This document shows, one piece after another, positions 38,596-48,353 of a DNA stretch of 64,000 nucleotides (the stretch's first letter is position 1; every line of letters begins with the position of its first letter). Position numbers and translations under genes: made by a program. Source of the stretch: Chthoniobacteraceae bacterium (GTDB taxonomy: Bacteria; Verrucomicrobiota; Verrucomicrobiia; Chthoniobacterales; Chthoniobacteraceae). The notes under the pieces were generated by a model, which saw only the letters and a list, made by a program, of their open reading frames with translations, had not been told where the DNA came from and did no database searches. The DNA lies in NCBI GenBank assembly GCA_031409335.1, contig JANNWY010000083.1, positions 1 to 64,000 of the forward strand, in the 5' to 3' direction.

Positions 38596-40341
38596 ATGCC
38601 AGACCCATCCTCACGCCTGACCCGCGCCGATGCCCGCGATTTCTTCCGCGCTGCCCTCGGCGGCGACGCGGAATCCGACTCGGGATGGAGCCCGCCATCG
38701 CCGCAGGCACTCGCGCCATTTTTCCCCGGCTACGCGATCGAGACGCTGCTCGGGCGCGGTGGAATGGGCGCGGTGTATCGCGCGCGGCAGCTTTCGCTGG
38801 GCCGCGCGGTTGCGCTGAAACTGCTGCCGTTTGCGCTCGGCGTGCACGAGGATTTTGCGGAGCGCTTTCGCCGCGAGGCCGCGGCGCTCGCGCGGCTGAA
38901 TCATCCGCACATCGTCGCCGTGCATGATTTCGGTCAGGCGGATGACGGGCATTTTTTCATGTTGATGGAATTCGTCGAGGGGACCGATCTCGCCGCGCAT
39001 CTTCACACCCACGGGCCGCTCGCGCCGGATGCCGCGCTCGCGATCATTCGCCAAGTGTGCGACGCGCTGGAATACGCGCACGCGCACGGCATCGTCCATC
39101 GCGACATCAAACCCGCGAACATCCTGCTCGACTCCACAGGCCGCGTGAAAGTGAGTGATTTCGGCATCGCGCAATTCGCCCCCGACGAGGCAACGCCGCA
39201 ACTCACCGGCACCGGCACCCTGCTCGGCACGCCGGACTACACCGCGCCCGAGCAACTCGCCCGCCGCGCCGACGCTGATCATCGCGCGGATATTTTCAGC
39301 GTCGGAGTCGTGCTCTACGAAACGCTCACCGGCCAGTTGCCGCGCGGCATCTTTCGCCCCGTGTCCGAAATCGTGCCCGCCGCGCGCGGGCTGGATCGCG
39401 TGATCACGCGCGCGCTTCAGAGCGAGCCGGAAAGGCGCTACCTCTCCGTGCAGGAAATGCGCGGTGAACTGATCGCGCCAAAGCGCGCGGACCGTCATCG
39501 GATGATGCGGTTTCTAAATGTCGCGGGCGCGCTCGTCGTCGCGGGCGCGCTCGCGGTTCCGCTCGTGAATTGGCGCATGAAAAAAGCGGTCGTGCCGCCA
39601 TTTGAAAACAGCCTCGGCATTCGCTTCGTGCCCGCCGGCACGCCGGGCGTTCTCTTCGCCACATGCCAGACGCGCGTGCGGGATTTCGCGGCTTTTGTAA
39701 AAGCGCACGAACCATGGGATGGCGCGCCGATTTTCGTGAACTACGTCGGGAATTCCGAGAGCTGGCAACCGAGCAATCTGTCGTGGAGCGATCCGGGTTT
39801 TCCGCAAACGCCGGAGCATCCCGTGGTCGGCGTATCGCAGTTGGATGCGACGGCATTTTGCGCGTGGCTGACGGAGTATGAGCGAAAATCAGAACGAATC
39901 GGCACCACGGATTTTTACCGCCTGCCGAAAGACGAGGAGTGGAACGTGGCCGCGGGATTGAGCGCCGACGTGCATGATCCCGCGGGCGTTTTCCTCTGGC
40001 GCGGGAGTTTTCCGCCGCCTTCGTACGAGGGGAATTTCGCTGGCGAAGAATTGCGCGAAGATGAGCGCTTCGCAAAATTTGAAGTCATCGCGGGCTATCG
40101 CGACGCGTTTCGTTTCACCTCGCCAGTCGGGTCATTTCCGCCAAATCCCCACGGCCTCCACGATCTCGGCGGCAACGTGACCGAGTGGCTGCACAGCGAC
40201 GAACTGCGCCAGGCGCGAATGCGCGGTGGAAATTGGTGGGACGCATCCGCAGCATCGCTTGATGCCGGCAAGCGCCGCACGCACGAGCGGACGATGCGCG
40301 CATTCACCTCCGGCTTTCGCATCGTGCTCGTCCGCCAGTGA
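38596..40341 (+). CDS. Hanks-type Ser/Thr kinase with TM helix and C-terminal FGE-sulfatase-like domain
   Basis: LGRGGMGAVY, VALK, HRDIKPAN, DFG, APE; ENSLGIRFV, HPVVGVS, RLPKDEEW, GLHDLGGNVTEW, GFR. Confidence 0.92.
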   Translation: MPDPSSRLTRADARDFFRAALGGDAESDSGWSPPSPQALAPFFPGYAIETLLGRGGMGAVYRARQLSLGRAVALKLLPFALGVHEDFAERFRREAAALARLNHPHIVAVHDFGQADDGHFFMLMEFVEGTDLAAHLHTHGPLAPDAALAIIRQVCDALEYAHAHGIVHRDIKPANILLDSTGRVKVSDFGIAQFAPDEATPQLTGTGTLLGTPDYTAPEQLARRADADHRADIFSVGVVLYETLTGQLPRGIFRPVSEIVPAARGLDRVITRALQSEPERRYLSVQEMRGELIAPKRADRHRMMRFLNVAGALVVAGALAVPLVNWRMKKAVVPPFENSLGIRFVPAGTPGVLFATCQTRVRDFAAFVKAHEPWDGAPIFVNYVGNSESWQPSNLSWSDPGFPQTPEHPVVGVSQLDATAFCAWLTEYERKSERIGTTDFYRLPKDEEWNVAAGLSADVHDPAGVFLWRGSFPPPSYEGNFAGEELREDERFAKFEVIAGYRDAFRFTSPVGSFPPNPHGLHDLGGNVTEWLHSDELRQARMRGGNWWDASAASLDAGKRRTHERTMRAFTSGFRIVLVRQ

Positions 40342-40358
40342 GCCCTCGGCGAATCCGG

Positions 40359-40434
40359 TGGTGGAGGTAAGGGGATTCGAACCCCTGGCCTCGTCATTGC
40401 GAACGACGCGCTCTACCAACTGAGCTATACCCCC
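40359..40434 (-). tRNA. tRNA-Ala (anticodon CGC), CCA encoded
   Basis: GGGGGTATAGCTCAGTTGGTAGAGCGCGTCGTTCGCAATGACGAGGCCAGGGGTTCGAATCCCCTTACCTCCACCA; G3:U70 pair. Confidence 0.97.
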
Positions 40435-40453
40435 CGTGGATCACCGAGCGCGC

Positions 40454-40482
40454 AATAAAGGCGGGCGCATCGCCGTCGTCAA
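40454..40482 (-). promoter_or_regulatory. Putative sigma70 promoter of tRNA-Ala
   Basis: TTGACG-N17-TTTATT about 20 nt upstream of the tRNA. Confidence 0.5.
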
Positions 40483-40566
40483 GCGCACGCTCACTTTTCG
40501 TGTCACACGCGGCTTTCGCAGTTGATTGGCGAGCGACCGCCGCGCGAATCTGCGGCCCTCATTTCT

Positions 40567-41757
40567 ATGTTCGGCAAATTCCAAGATCATCTCCGCCAGC
40601 AGCTCGCCGATATCCGCGCCGCGGGACTTTACAAAAACGAGCGCGCGATCACGACCCCGCAGGCCGCGCGCATCCGCGTGGCCGACGGGCGCGAGGTGCT
40701 GAATATGTGCGCCAACAATTACCTCGGCCTCGCGGATGATCCGTCCGTGCTCGCGGCGGGGCACGCAGCGCTGGATCGCTGGGGCTACGGGCTGGCGAGC
40801 GTGCGGTTCATTTGCGGGACGCAGGAACTCCACAAACTGCTCGAACGGGCGCTCAGCGAATTCCTCGGGACGGAGGATACGATCCTGTATTCATCGTGCT
40901 TCGACGCGAACGGCGGGCTCTTTGAAACGTTGCTCGGCGCGGAGGACGCGATCATTTCCGATGAGCTGAATCACGCCTCGATCATCGACGGCATCCGCCT
41001 CTGCAAAGCTGCCCGTTTTCGCTACAAAAATAACGACATGGCCGATCTCGAAGCGAAGCTGCGCGAGGCCGCGGAGAAAGGCGCGCGTTTCACAATGATC
41101 GCGACCGACGGCGTGTTTTCGATGGACGGCTACATCGCGAATCTCGCCGCCGTCTGCGATCTCGCGGACAAATTCGGCGCGCTCGTGATGGTCGATGATT
41201 CGCACGCGGTCGGATTCATGGGCGCGCGCGGACGCGGCACGCACGAGCACTGCGGCGTGATGCAGCGCGTGGACATCCTCACCGGCACGCTCGGCAAGGC
41301 GCTCGGCGGCGCGAGCGGCGGCTACACCAGCGGGCGGCGCGAGATCATCGAGCTGCTGCGCCAGCGGTCGCGCCCGTATCTTTTTTCAAACACGCTCGCG
41401 CCATCCATCGCGGGCGGATCGCTCCGGGTTTTGGAAATGCTGACGCAGTCCCCTGCCCTGCGCGACAAGCTCGAGGCGAACACGAAATTCTTCCGCGCCG
41501 AGATGACCGCGCGCGGTTTCAACATCCTCCCCGGCACGCATCCGATCGTGCCGATCATGCTCGGCGACGCCCCGCTCGCGCAGCGTTTCGCGGAGGCCAT
41601 GCTCGCGCGCGGTGTCTATGTCGTCGGCTTTTTCTACCCCGTCGTCCCGCAGGGAAAAGCGCGCATCCGCACGCAAATCAGCGCGGCGCATTCGCGGGAG
41701 GATTTGGTTTTTGCGATCGAGCAATTCAGCGCAGTGAAGGCGGAATTCGGCCTGTGA
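40567..41757 (+). CDS. kbl: Glycine C-acetyltransferase (2-amino-3-ketobutyrate CoA ligase)
   Basis: [55 protein letters not shown]. Confidence 0.93.
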   Translation: MFGKFQDHLRQQLADIRAAGLYKNERAITTPQAARIRVADGREVLNMCANNYLGLADDPSVLAAGHAALDRWGYGLASVRFICGTQELHKLLERALSEFLGTEDTILYSSCFDANGGLFETLLGAEDAIISDELNHASIIDGIRLCKAARFRYKNNDMADLEAKLREAAEKGARFTMIATDGVFSMDGYIANLAAVCDLADKFGALVMVDDSHAVGFMGARGRGTHEHCGVMQRVDILTGTLGKALGGASGGYTSGRREIIELLRQRSRPYLFSNTLAPSIAGGSLRVLEMLTQSPALRDKLEANTKFFRAEMTARGFNILPGTHPIVPIMLGDAPLAQRFAEAMLARGVYVVGFFYPVVPQGKARIRTQISAAHSREDLVFAIEQFSAVKAEFGL

Positions 41758-41783
41758 GCGCGGGGCACAAGCGCCTTCCCGAC

Positions 41784-41799
41784 TGGCACAAACATCGCT
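41784..41799 (+). promoter_or_regulatory. Putative sigma54 -24/-12 promoter of the asnB-glycosyltransferase operon
   Basis: TGGCACAAACATCGCT versus consensus TGGCAC-N5-TTGCW; ends 18 nt before the ATG. Confidence 0.6.
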
Positions 41800-41817
41800 A
41801 ACTATCCCGCACCAATC

Positions 41818-43686
41818 ATGTGCGGCATCGCCGGTTTTTTCGATCCATCCCTGGCCGAGGCCGAGGCGCGCGTGCGTCTGGATGCCATGCTGGATCGCAT
41901 TGCCCATCGCGGCCCGGACGGCGTGGGCGCGCACATCGCCAGCGGACTCGCGATCGCGATGCGGCGACTCAGCATCATCGACCTAGCAGGCGGCTGGCAG
42001 CCGGTGTGGAACGAGGACCACACGATCGGCATCGTTTTCAACGGCGAGATTTACAACTACATCGAACTCACCGCGCAGCTCACCGCCGCCGGGCACGTTT
42101 TCCGCACGCATTCCGACACCGAAGTGCTCGTGCATCTTTACGAAGAGCGCGGGCTCGAGATGTTCGAGTCGCTGCGCGGGATGTTCGGCTTTGCCCTGCT
42201 CGACACGCGCCAGCGACGGCTGGTGCTGGCGCGCGATCATTTCGGGCAGAAACCAATTTACTACACGCGCGACGGCGAGCGGTTCGCGTTCGCGTCTGAA
42301 TTGAAAAGTCTGCTCGCGGTGCCGTGGGTGAATCGCGACCGCGATCCCGATGCCTATCTCGACTACGCCGGCTGGCTCGCGCTGCCGTCGCCGCGCACGC
42401 ATTTCCGCGCGATTCACAAACTTCCCGCGGGCAGTTTTCTGACGCTGCCACTCGATGGTTCCGGCGGGCCGGTGGTGAAAAAATACTGGTCGTACGATCT
42501 GAATGCCGCGCCTGATCTCACGACGCTGGAACCCGCCGTCGATGCGCTCGACACCGCGCTCGCGGATTCGGTGAAAGTGCATCTCCGCGCGGATGTCCCC
42601 GTCGGCGTGCTCCTCAGCAGCGGGCTCGATAGTCGCGTGGTCACGGCGTACGCGCAGGAATTGCAGGGCGGGCAAATGCAGACCTTCACGGTCGGCTTTG
42701 GCGGGCCGGATTCCGAGATGATCGGCGCGGCGGAAACGGCGCGCGAGATTCGCTCGAAACATCACGCGCTCGAACTCAGCGCGAGCGATTTGCTTGACAA
42801 CATCGTCCGCATCGCGTGGCACCTCGATGAACCCGTCGGCGATCCCGCCGCGTTCGCGGTGCTGAAGGTCTGCGAACTCGCACGCCACCACGTAAAAGTG
42901 CTGCTCTCCGGCGAAGGCTCGGACGAACTTTTTGCCGGATACGACGCGCGCTACAGCGGGATGCTCGCGACGCTGAACCGCTCGGAAAAACTGCGGAAAT
43001 TCGCGCCGCTCCTGCCAGAAGCGGACCCGGCGGGAATGCCCTCGCGGTGGAATCGGCTGCGCACCCGCGCGCATCACAGCCGCGCGAGCGAAGCACTGAC
43101 GCTCCGGCTCGAAGGTCTGCCCGGCGACGTGCGCACGCCGCGCGGTTTGACAGCCACGCAACTCCGCCGCCTGCGCGAACGCGCGGACGAAATCGGCGCG
43201 ATCGTGCATCGCCCGCAGCGCGACGTTTTGAGCGAACTGCTCGCGCTCGATCTCGACTGGCAGCTCGCCGAATCGCTTCTGCAAAAAGCCGACAAAATGA
43301 GCATGGGCGCATCCATCGAACTGCGCACCCCGATCCTCGACCGCCGCGTCGCCGAGGTCGCCGCGCGCATCCCTTCCGATCTCAAACTCCCACCCGGCGG
43401 CCCCGGCAAACTCGTCCTCCGCCACTGCCTCGCCCGCAAACTCCACGAGACCCTCGACCGGCCGAAACGCGGCTTCCCCGTCCCGCTCGCCGAATGGTTC
43501 CGCGGCCCGCTGCGCGAGGCAATCGAGTCCGCCCTTTTCGCAAAAAACTCCGCCGCCCTCGCAAATCTTGACGCGAAACTTTTGCACGCGGCGTGGGAAG
43601 ATTTCCTAGCCGGAAAATGGGACGGCGCGCGCGTGCTCTACTCGCTTTGGCTTTACGAAATCTGGAACGCGAAGATCGGCGAATGA
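41818..43686 (+). CDS. asnB: Asparagine synthase-like glutamine amidotransferase (polysaccharide-associated)
   Basis: MCGIAG, HRGPDG, RRLSIID, FNGEIYN, LSSGLDS, LSGEGSDELFAGY, KRGF. Confidence 0.92.
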   Translation: MCGIAGFFDPSLAEAEARVRLDAMLDRIAHRGPDGVGAHIASGLAIAMRRLSIIDLAGGWQPVWNEDHTIGIVFNGEIYNYIELTAQLTAAGHVFRTHSDTEVLVHLYEERGLEMFESLRGMFGFALLDTRQRRLVLARDHFGQKPIYYTRDGERFAFASELKSLLAVPWVNRDRDPDAYLDYAGWLALPSPRTHFRAIHKLPAGSFLTLPLDGSGGPVVKKYWSYDLNAAPDLTTLEPAVDALDTALADSVKVHLRADVPVGVLLSSGLDSRVVTAYAQELQGGQMQTFTVGFGGPDSEMIGAAETAREIRSKHHALELSASDLLDNIVRIAWHLDEPVGDPAAFAVLKVCELARHHVKVLLSGEGSDELFAGYDARYSGMLATLNRSEKLRKFAPLLPEADPAGMPSRWNRLRTRAHHSRASEALTLRLEGLPGDVRTPRGLTATQLRRLRERADEIGAIVHRPQRDVLSELLALDLDWQLAESLLQKADKMSMGASIELRTPILDRRVAEVAARIPSDLKLPPGGPGKLVLRHCLARKLHETLDRPKRGFPVPLAEWFRGPLREAIESALFAKNSAALANLDAKLLHAAWEDFLAGKWDGARVLYSLWLYEIWNAKIGE

Positions 43687-44606
43687 CCCCGCGCGTCACC
43701 ATCGCCATTCCCTGTTTCAACGCCGCGCGCTGGATCGAAACAGCCGTGCAAAGCACGCTCGATCAAACATGGCCGGAGAAGGAAACGATCGTCGTCGATG
43801 ACGGCTCGACCGATGGTTCGCTCGAAGTGCTCGCGAGTTTCGGCGAAAAAATTCGCGTCATCCGCAGCGAGCATCGCGGCGGAAACCGCGCGCGGAACAC
43901 CGCCGTCCAAGCCTCGACCGGCGAGTGGATTCAATTCCTCGACGCGGACGATTTTCTCCTGCCGCAAAAGATCACGCGCCAGTTTTCCGAAGTCGAAAAA
44001 GCGGACGCCGATGTGATTTTCAGTCCCGTGATTTTTGATCACACCGGCTGGCGTTCCGTGAATGCGGTGGACGCGAGCCGCGATGCAAAAACGCTGTGGC
44101 TCGCGTGGCAGCTCCCGCAAACCGGCGGCTGCATCTGGCGCAAAAGCGCGCTCTCCCAAATTGACGGATGGAACGAGGAAACTTCGTGTTGCCAGGAATT
44201 CGAATTGTATCTCCGCGCGATCAAAGCCGGCCTGCGATTCCGCTTCGCGCCCACCGCGAACGCGGTCTATCGCGTCTGGTCGGAGGATACGCTCTGCCGG
44301 AAAGATCCGCGCGCGGTCATCGAAGTGCGCACCCAGCTTTACCGGAATTTCGTGAGCTGGCTGCGCGAGCACCACACGCTCAGCGCGGAGCATCACGCGC
44401 TCGCTGGCCGCGCGTGTTTTGAAATGGCGCGCACGCTCGCGAAGCTCGATCCCGCCGAGGCCGCGCGTTACCACGACGAGCGCAGACGCGAGCAGTTGAT
44501 CCACGTCTCCGGCCCCGCCGCTCCCCTCGCCTATCGCGTCACCTACCACACGTTCGGCTTTTCTTTCGCCGAAAAACTCGCATCCACTCTCCGCCGCACC
44601 GCCTGA
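43683..44606 (+). CDS. Glycosyltransferase family 2
   Basis: VTIAIPCFN, VVDDGSTD, FLDADD. Confidence 0.9.
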   Translation: MTPRVTIAIPCFNAARWIETAVQSTLDQTWPEKETIVVDDGSTDGSLEVLASFGEKIRVIRSEHRGGNRARNTAVQASTGEWIQFLDADDFLLPQKITRQFSEVEKADADVIFSPVIFDHTGWRSVNAVDASRDAKTLWLAWQLPQTGGCIWRKSALSQIDGWNEETSCCQEFELYLRAIKAGLRFRFAPTANAVYRVWSEDTLCRKDPRAVIEVRTQLYRNFVSWLREHHTLSAEHHALAGRACFEMARTLAKLDPAEAARYHDERRREQLIHVSGPAAPLAYRVTYHTFGFSFAEKLASTLRRTA

Positions 44607-44610
44607 TTTC

Positions 44611-45528
44611 ATGCCGCTCTTCTCGACCGTCATCCCGGTTTTCAACCGCGCGGAACTCATCCGCCCGACGCTCGACTCCGTGCTCGCGCAGGATTTCGCG
44701 GATCAGGAAGTGATCGTCGTCGATGACGGCTCGACCGACGACACGCGGCAAACGCTCGCGAGTTACGGCGGTCGCATCCGCACGCTGCATCAAAAAAACA
44801 GCGGCCCCGCAGTCGCGCGAAATCTCGGTATCGCGCAGGCGGGCGGGAGATACATCACCATTCTCGACAGCGACGATCTCTGGTTTCCGTGGACGCTCGC
44901 GACTTACGCGGAGGCGATCGCGCAGTTCGATTCGCCCGCGTTTCTCGCCGGTGCGCCCGCCGTTTTTTCCGATGAAAAGGACGTGCGCAAAATCCAGCGG
45001 ACGCCGCTCAAGGCCGAGCGTTTTCCCGACTACCTGGCGAGCGGTGATGCGTGGCGCTGGTTCGGCGCGTCGTCGTTTGTGCTGCGCACGGACGCCGTGC
45101 GCGCGGTCGGCGGATTCAGCACCGAGTGGATCAATTCCGACGACGCCGATCTCGCGCTGCGGCTCGGGCAGGCGGCGGGATTTGTGGACATCCAGGCACC
45201 CGCGACTTTTGCGTACCGCGATCACGCGGGCAGTTTGAAAACGAAGGCCGATGTCTCGTTTCGCAGCCTCAGCTACATGATCGCGCAGGAGGAATCCGGC
45301 GCGTATCCCGGCGGCAGCGCGCGGCGCCGCGAGCGATTGGAAATTCTCACCCGCCACATCCGCCCGTTCTCGTTGCAATGCCTGCGCGGCGGCGCGATCG
45401 CGCACGGCTGGAATGTGTATCGAAAAACGTTCGCGTGGCATCTCGCGCTGGGCCGCGCGAGTTACCTCGGCGCATATCCGGTGCTCACCGCGTTCCACGC
45501 GATGAAGCTCAGAAAGGTCGCCGCATGA
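44611..45528 (+). CDS. Glycosyltransferase family 2
   Basis: STVIPVFNR, VVDDGSTD, ARNLG, LDSDD. Confidence 0.9.
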   Translation: MPLFSTVIPVFNRAELIRPTLDSVLAQDFADQEVIVVDDGSTDDTRQTLASYGGRIRTLHQKNSGPAVARNLGIAQAGGRYITILDSDDLWFPWTLATYAEAIAQFDSPAFLAGAPAVFSDEKDVRKIQRTPLKAERFPDYLASGDAWRWFGASSFVLRTDAVRAVGGFSTEWINSDDADLALRLGQAAGFVDIQAPATFAYRDHAGSLKTKADVSFRSLSYMIAQEESGAYPGGSARRRERLEILTRHIRPFSLQCLRGGAIAHGWNVYRKTFAWHLALGRASYLGAYPVLTAFHAMKLRKVAA

Positions 45529-46061
45529 AATTGCTCATCCGTCTTTTCCACGGCCTCGCATCGCGGGCGCGGGCCATTTTTTACGGAATGCTCGGCGTAA
45601 AAATCGACGGCGCGTGCTGGCTGCGCGCGATCGAGATTCCGCGCGGGTATTCCGACATCCAGCTCGCGGATGGAGTGGCGCTGGATCGCGGCGTGGTGCT
45701 GCTGATTTCCGGCGAATCGCGCGGCGCGGCAAAGATCGTGATCGGACGCGCCGTTTACATCAACCGCTCGACCATCATTGACGCCAGCGAACGCATCGAG
45801 ATCGGCGCGAACGCGATGATCGGCCCGTCGTGTTACATCACGGATCACGACCACGTCGTCGGCTCCGCCGATGATCTCATGTCAAAGCCAACGCGCATCG
45901 GCGAGCGCTGCTGGATCGGCGCGCACGTCACGATTTTGAAAGGCGTGAGCATCGGCGATGACACCGTGGTCGGCGCGGGAAGTGTCGTCACGAAATCGCT
46001 GCCCGCGCGCGTGATCGCGGTCGGGAATCCCGCGCGCGTGATCCGCGAGATCGCGCCATGA
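45525..46061 (+). CDS. Hexapeptide-repeat O-acyltransferase
   Basis: IGERCWIGAHVTILKGVSIGDDTVVGAGSVVTK...GNPAR. Confidence 0.9.
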   Translation: MKLLIRLFHGLASRARAIFYGMLGVKIDGACWLRAIEIPRGYSDIQLADGVALDRGVVLLISGESRGAAKIVIGRAVYINRSTIIDASERIEIGANAMIGPSCYITDHDHVVGSADDLMSKPTRIGERCWIGAHVTILKGVSIGDDTVVGAGSVVTKSLPARVIAVGNPARVIREIAP

Positions 46062-46963
46062 GCGCATCCGTCGCCATCTGCATCGCCACGCACAATCGCC
46101 GCGACGACCTGACCCGGACCCTGCGCGAAATTGCGCGACTCGATCCGCAGCCCACGGAGATCATCATCGCCGCCGATGGCTGCACGGACGGGACGCCGGA
46201 GTTTGTGGCAAACGAATATCCCGCCGCCCGACTCATCACCCACGTCGAAGCGCGCGGCTCGATTCCTTCGCGAAATGAGATGGCCGCCGTCTGTACGAGC
46301 GAGATTTTCCTGAGCTTGGATGACGACAGTTATCCGATCGAAACCGATTTCATTTCACGCCTCGCGCGCATGTTCGACGAAAACTCCGCGCTTGCCATCG
46401 CCTCGTTTCCCCAGCGCACCGACGAATTTCCCGCGACGCTGACACAGACCGATTTTGGCCCACCGCATTTCACCGGCACCTACGCAAATTCCGGTGCAGC
46501 CATCCGCCGCGCGGTTTTTACAAAACTCGGCGGATACCCGGATTTTTTTCAACACGCCTACGAAGAGCCCGACTTCGCGCTGCGCTGCTGCGCGGCGGGC
46601 TGGCAGGCGCGCCACGAAACTTCGCTCACGATCCGGCATCACTTCACGAGCGCACAGCGGGATGAAGTGCGCACGCATCACCGGCACGCGCGCAATGAAT
46701 TGTGGAGCGTGCTGATGCGCTGTCCCGCGCCGCAGCTTTTTGCCGTCGCGCTCTTCCGCATCGCGCGCCAGGCGGGATACGCCGCACGTCGCGGAGCGTC
46801 GTGGCTCGTGCGCGAGCCGCAGTGGTGGCGCTCGGTCCTGGCGCTCCGGCTGAAACGCGAGCCGTTGCCGTGGAAAACGTATCGCGCGTGGATGGAGCTG
46901 GTGCGTCACCCGATCCAATCGCGCGACGAGTGGGTCGCGAAATTTGGCGAGCCAAACGCGTGA
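46058..46963 (+). CDS. Glycosyltransferase family 2
   Basis: ICIATHNR, ADGCTDGT, SLDDDS, GGY...YEEPDF. Confidence 0.88.
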   Translation: MSASVAICIATHNRRDDLTRTLREIARLDPQPTEIIIAADGCTDGTPEFVANEYPAARLITHVEARGSIPSRNEMAAVCTSEIFLSLDDDSYPIETDFISRLARMFDENSALAIASFPQRTDEFPATLTQTDFGPPHFTGTYANSGAAIRRAVFTKLGGYPDFFQHAYEEPDFALRCCAAGWQARHETSLTIRHHFTSAQRDEVRTHHRHARNELWSVLMRCPAPQLFAVALFRIARQAGYAARRGASWLVREPQWWRSVLALRLKREPLPWKTYRAWMELVRHPIQSRDEWVAKFGEPNA

Positions 46964-46987
46964 TGAAAAACGCCCGCTGCGCACTCC

Positions 46988-47126
46988 GGGTAGCACGCTC
47001 GTCCCGCCGAAATGAACTTCCCCGCACCATCACCCCGAATTTTGCGAACGAATTCCACGGCCAATTGTTCATGAAGTCCACGAAGGCGGGACGCCTTCGC
47101 CAACGCTCGGGACGAGCGTGCTACCC
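46988..47126. repeat. GTAG-type REP/REPIN-like element with perfect 19-bp terminal inverted repeats
   Basis: GGGTAGCACGCTCGTCCCG ... CGGGACGAGCGTGCTACCC. Confidence 0.8.
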
Positions 47127-47159
47127 AGATCTACCGATCCGCTCATCTCCAGCCGACCA

Positions 47160-48290
47160 ATGAAGATTTCCTTCGCGGCGACGAATCCCTGCCACGTCTA
47201 TCCCTTTGCCGTGGAGCTAGCAAAACTCGGTGATCTCGGCGCGTATTACTCCGGCTACCCTGCGTGGAAACTCGCGCACTCCGCTGGTCTGCCGATTCGC
47301 GCACACAGCCTGCGCACGAATGTCGTCTATGGCCTGCTGAAGTATGCGCCCGAGCGGCTCCGCCCGAGTTCGCGCGCGCTCTTTCTCTGGCAGGATCGCG
47401 GGTTCGATCGCTGGACTGGCGCGCATTTGGAAGCGTGCGAATTCATCCACGGCATCCCGGGCCAGTGCCTGCACACGTTTCGCGCGGCGAGGAAAATCGG
47501 CGTGCGCACCGTGCTCAATCACGCCACCGGACCCGTGCGCGATTGGGTGCGCATCATGGAACCGGAATACCAGCGCGCTGGCCTGAAGCTCACCGACGCC
47601 TGCCCGTACGACGCCGACTATTTTCGCCGCGAGGATGAAGAGTATGCGCTCGCGGATTTCCACTGCGCGGCATCGACGGTCGTGCGGGAGCAACTCATCG
47701 CGCGCGGCATCGCAGCCTCGCGCATCTGGCTCGTCCCGTATGGCGCGGATGAGCGGATTTTCCATCGGGGAAATGCGGACGCACCGAATGCGTTTCGCAT
47801 CGTCTTTGCAGGCCAGGTCGGTTTGCGAAAAGGACTCCGCACTTTCCTCGCAGCGCTCACCCTCGCCGCGCGCGAAGACTGGCGCGTGGATTTTTTCGGC
47901 GCGGTGCTCGGCGAAGCGCGCGGTGACCTCGACGCCTATCGCGGTGCGGCCCCGCTCACCTTTCACGGAGCCGTCTCGCAACAAAAACTGGCAGACGGAT
48001 TTCGCGCCGGATCGGTGCTCGTCCTGCCGTCACTGGAAGAGGGTTTCGGCCTCGTCGTCCCGCAGGCGCTGAATTGCGGCTGCCCGGCGATCGTCAGCGA
48101 CCGCGTGGGCGCGAAAGACCTCATTCGTCACCGTGACAATGGTTCGCTTTTCAAAACGGAAAACGCGGAAGCGCTCGCGGCAGAACTCTCTTTCTGGGCG
48201 GGCAATCCGCGACGTGTGAACGAATCGCTTGGATGGTCCGCACCTGCCGCCACGCTGCTCGCCGCCAGTCGCGCCGCCGCTGGTGCATAG
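47160..48290 (+). CDS. Glycosyltransferase family 4
   Basis: FAGQVGLRKG, LVLPSLEEGFGLVVPQALNCGCPAIVS. Confidence 0.88.
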   Translation: MKISFAATNPCHVYPFAVELAKLGDLGAYYSGYPAWKLAHSAGLPIRAHSLRTNVVYGLLKYAPERLRPSSRALFLWQDRGFDRWTGAHLEACEFIHGIPGQCLHTFRAARKIGVRTVLNHATGPVRDWVRIMEPEYQRAGLKLTDACPYDADYFRREDEEYALADFHCAASTVVREQLIARGIAASRIWLVPYGADERIFHRGNADAPNAFRIVFAGQVGLRKGLRTFLAALTLAAREDWRVDFFGAVLGEARGDLDAYRGAAPLTFHGAVSQQKLADGFRAGSVLVLPSLEEGFGLVVPQALNCGCPAIVSDRVGAKDLIRHRDNGSLFKTENAEALAAELSFWAGNPRRVNESLGWSAPAATLLAASRAAAGA

Positions 48291-48353
48291 CGCGTCGTGG
48301 TCGGCGCAATATCTCTTCAATTGCGCAGCGTCTTCTGTTTATTTGGCCGATCC

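Noticed and set aside
39590..40341. FGE-like domain as maturase for the sulfatase at 58201
   Set aside because: Kinase-fused domain without the catalytic Cys pair near RGGxW; more likely a sensor, and 18 kb away
40359..40434. tRNA-Ala as a prophage/island integration site
   Set aside because: No integrase and no duplicated 3' end seen in the window
40567..41757. Possible bioF, given bioB in the window
   Set aside because: [17 protein letters not shown] and [11 protein letters not shown] are Kbl-type signatures
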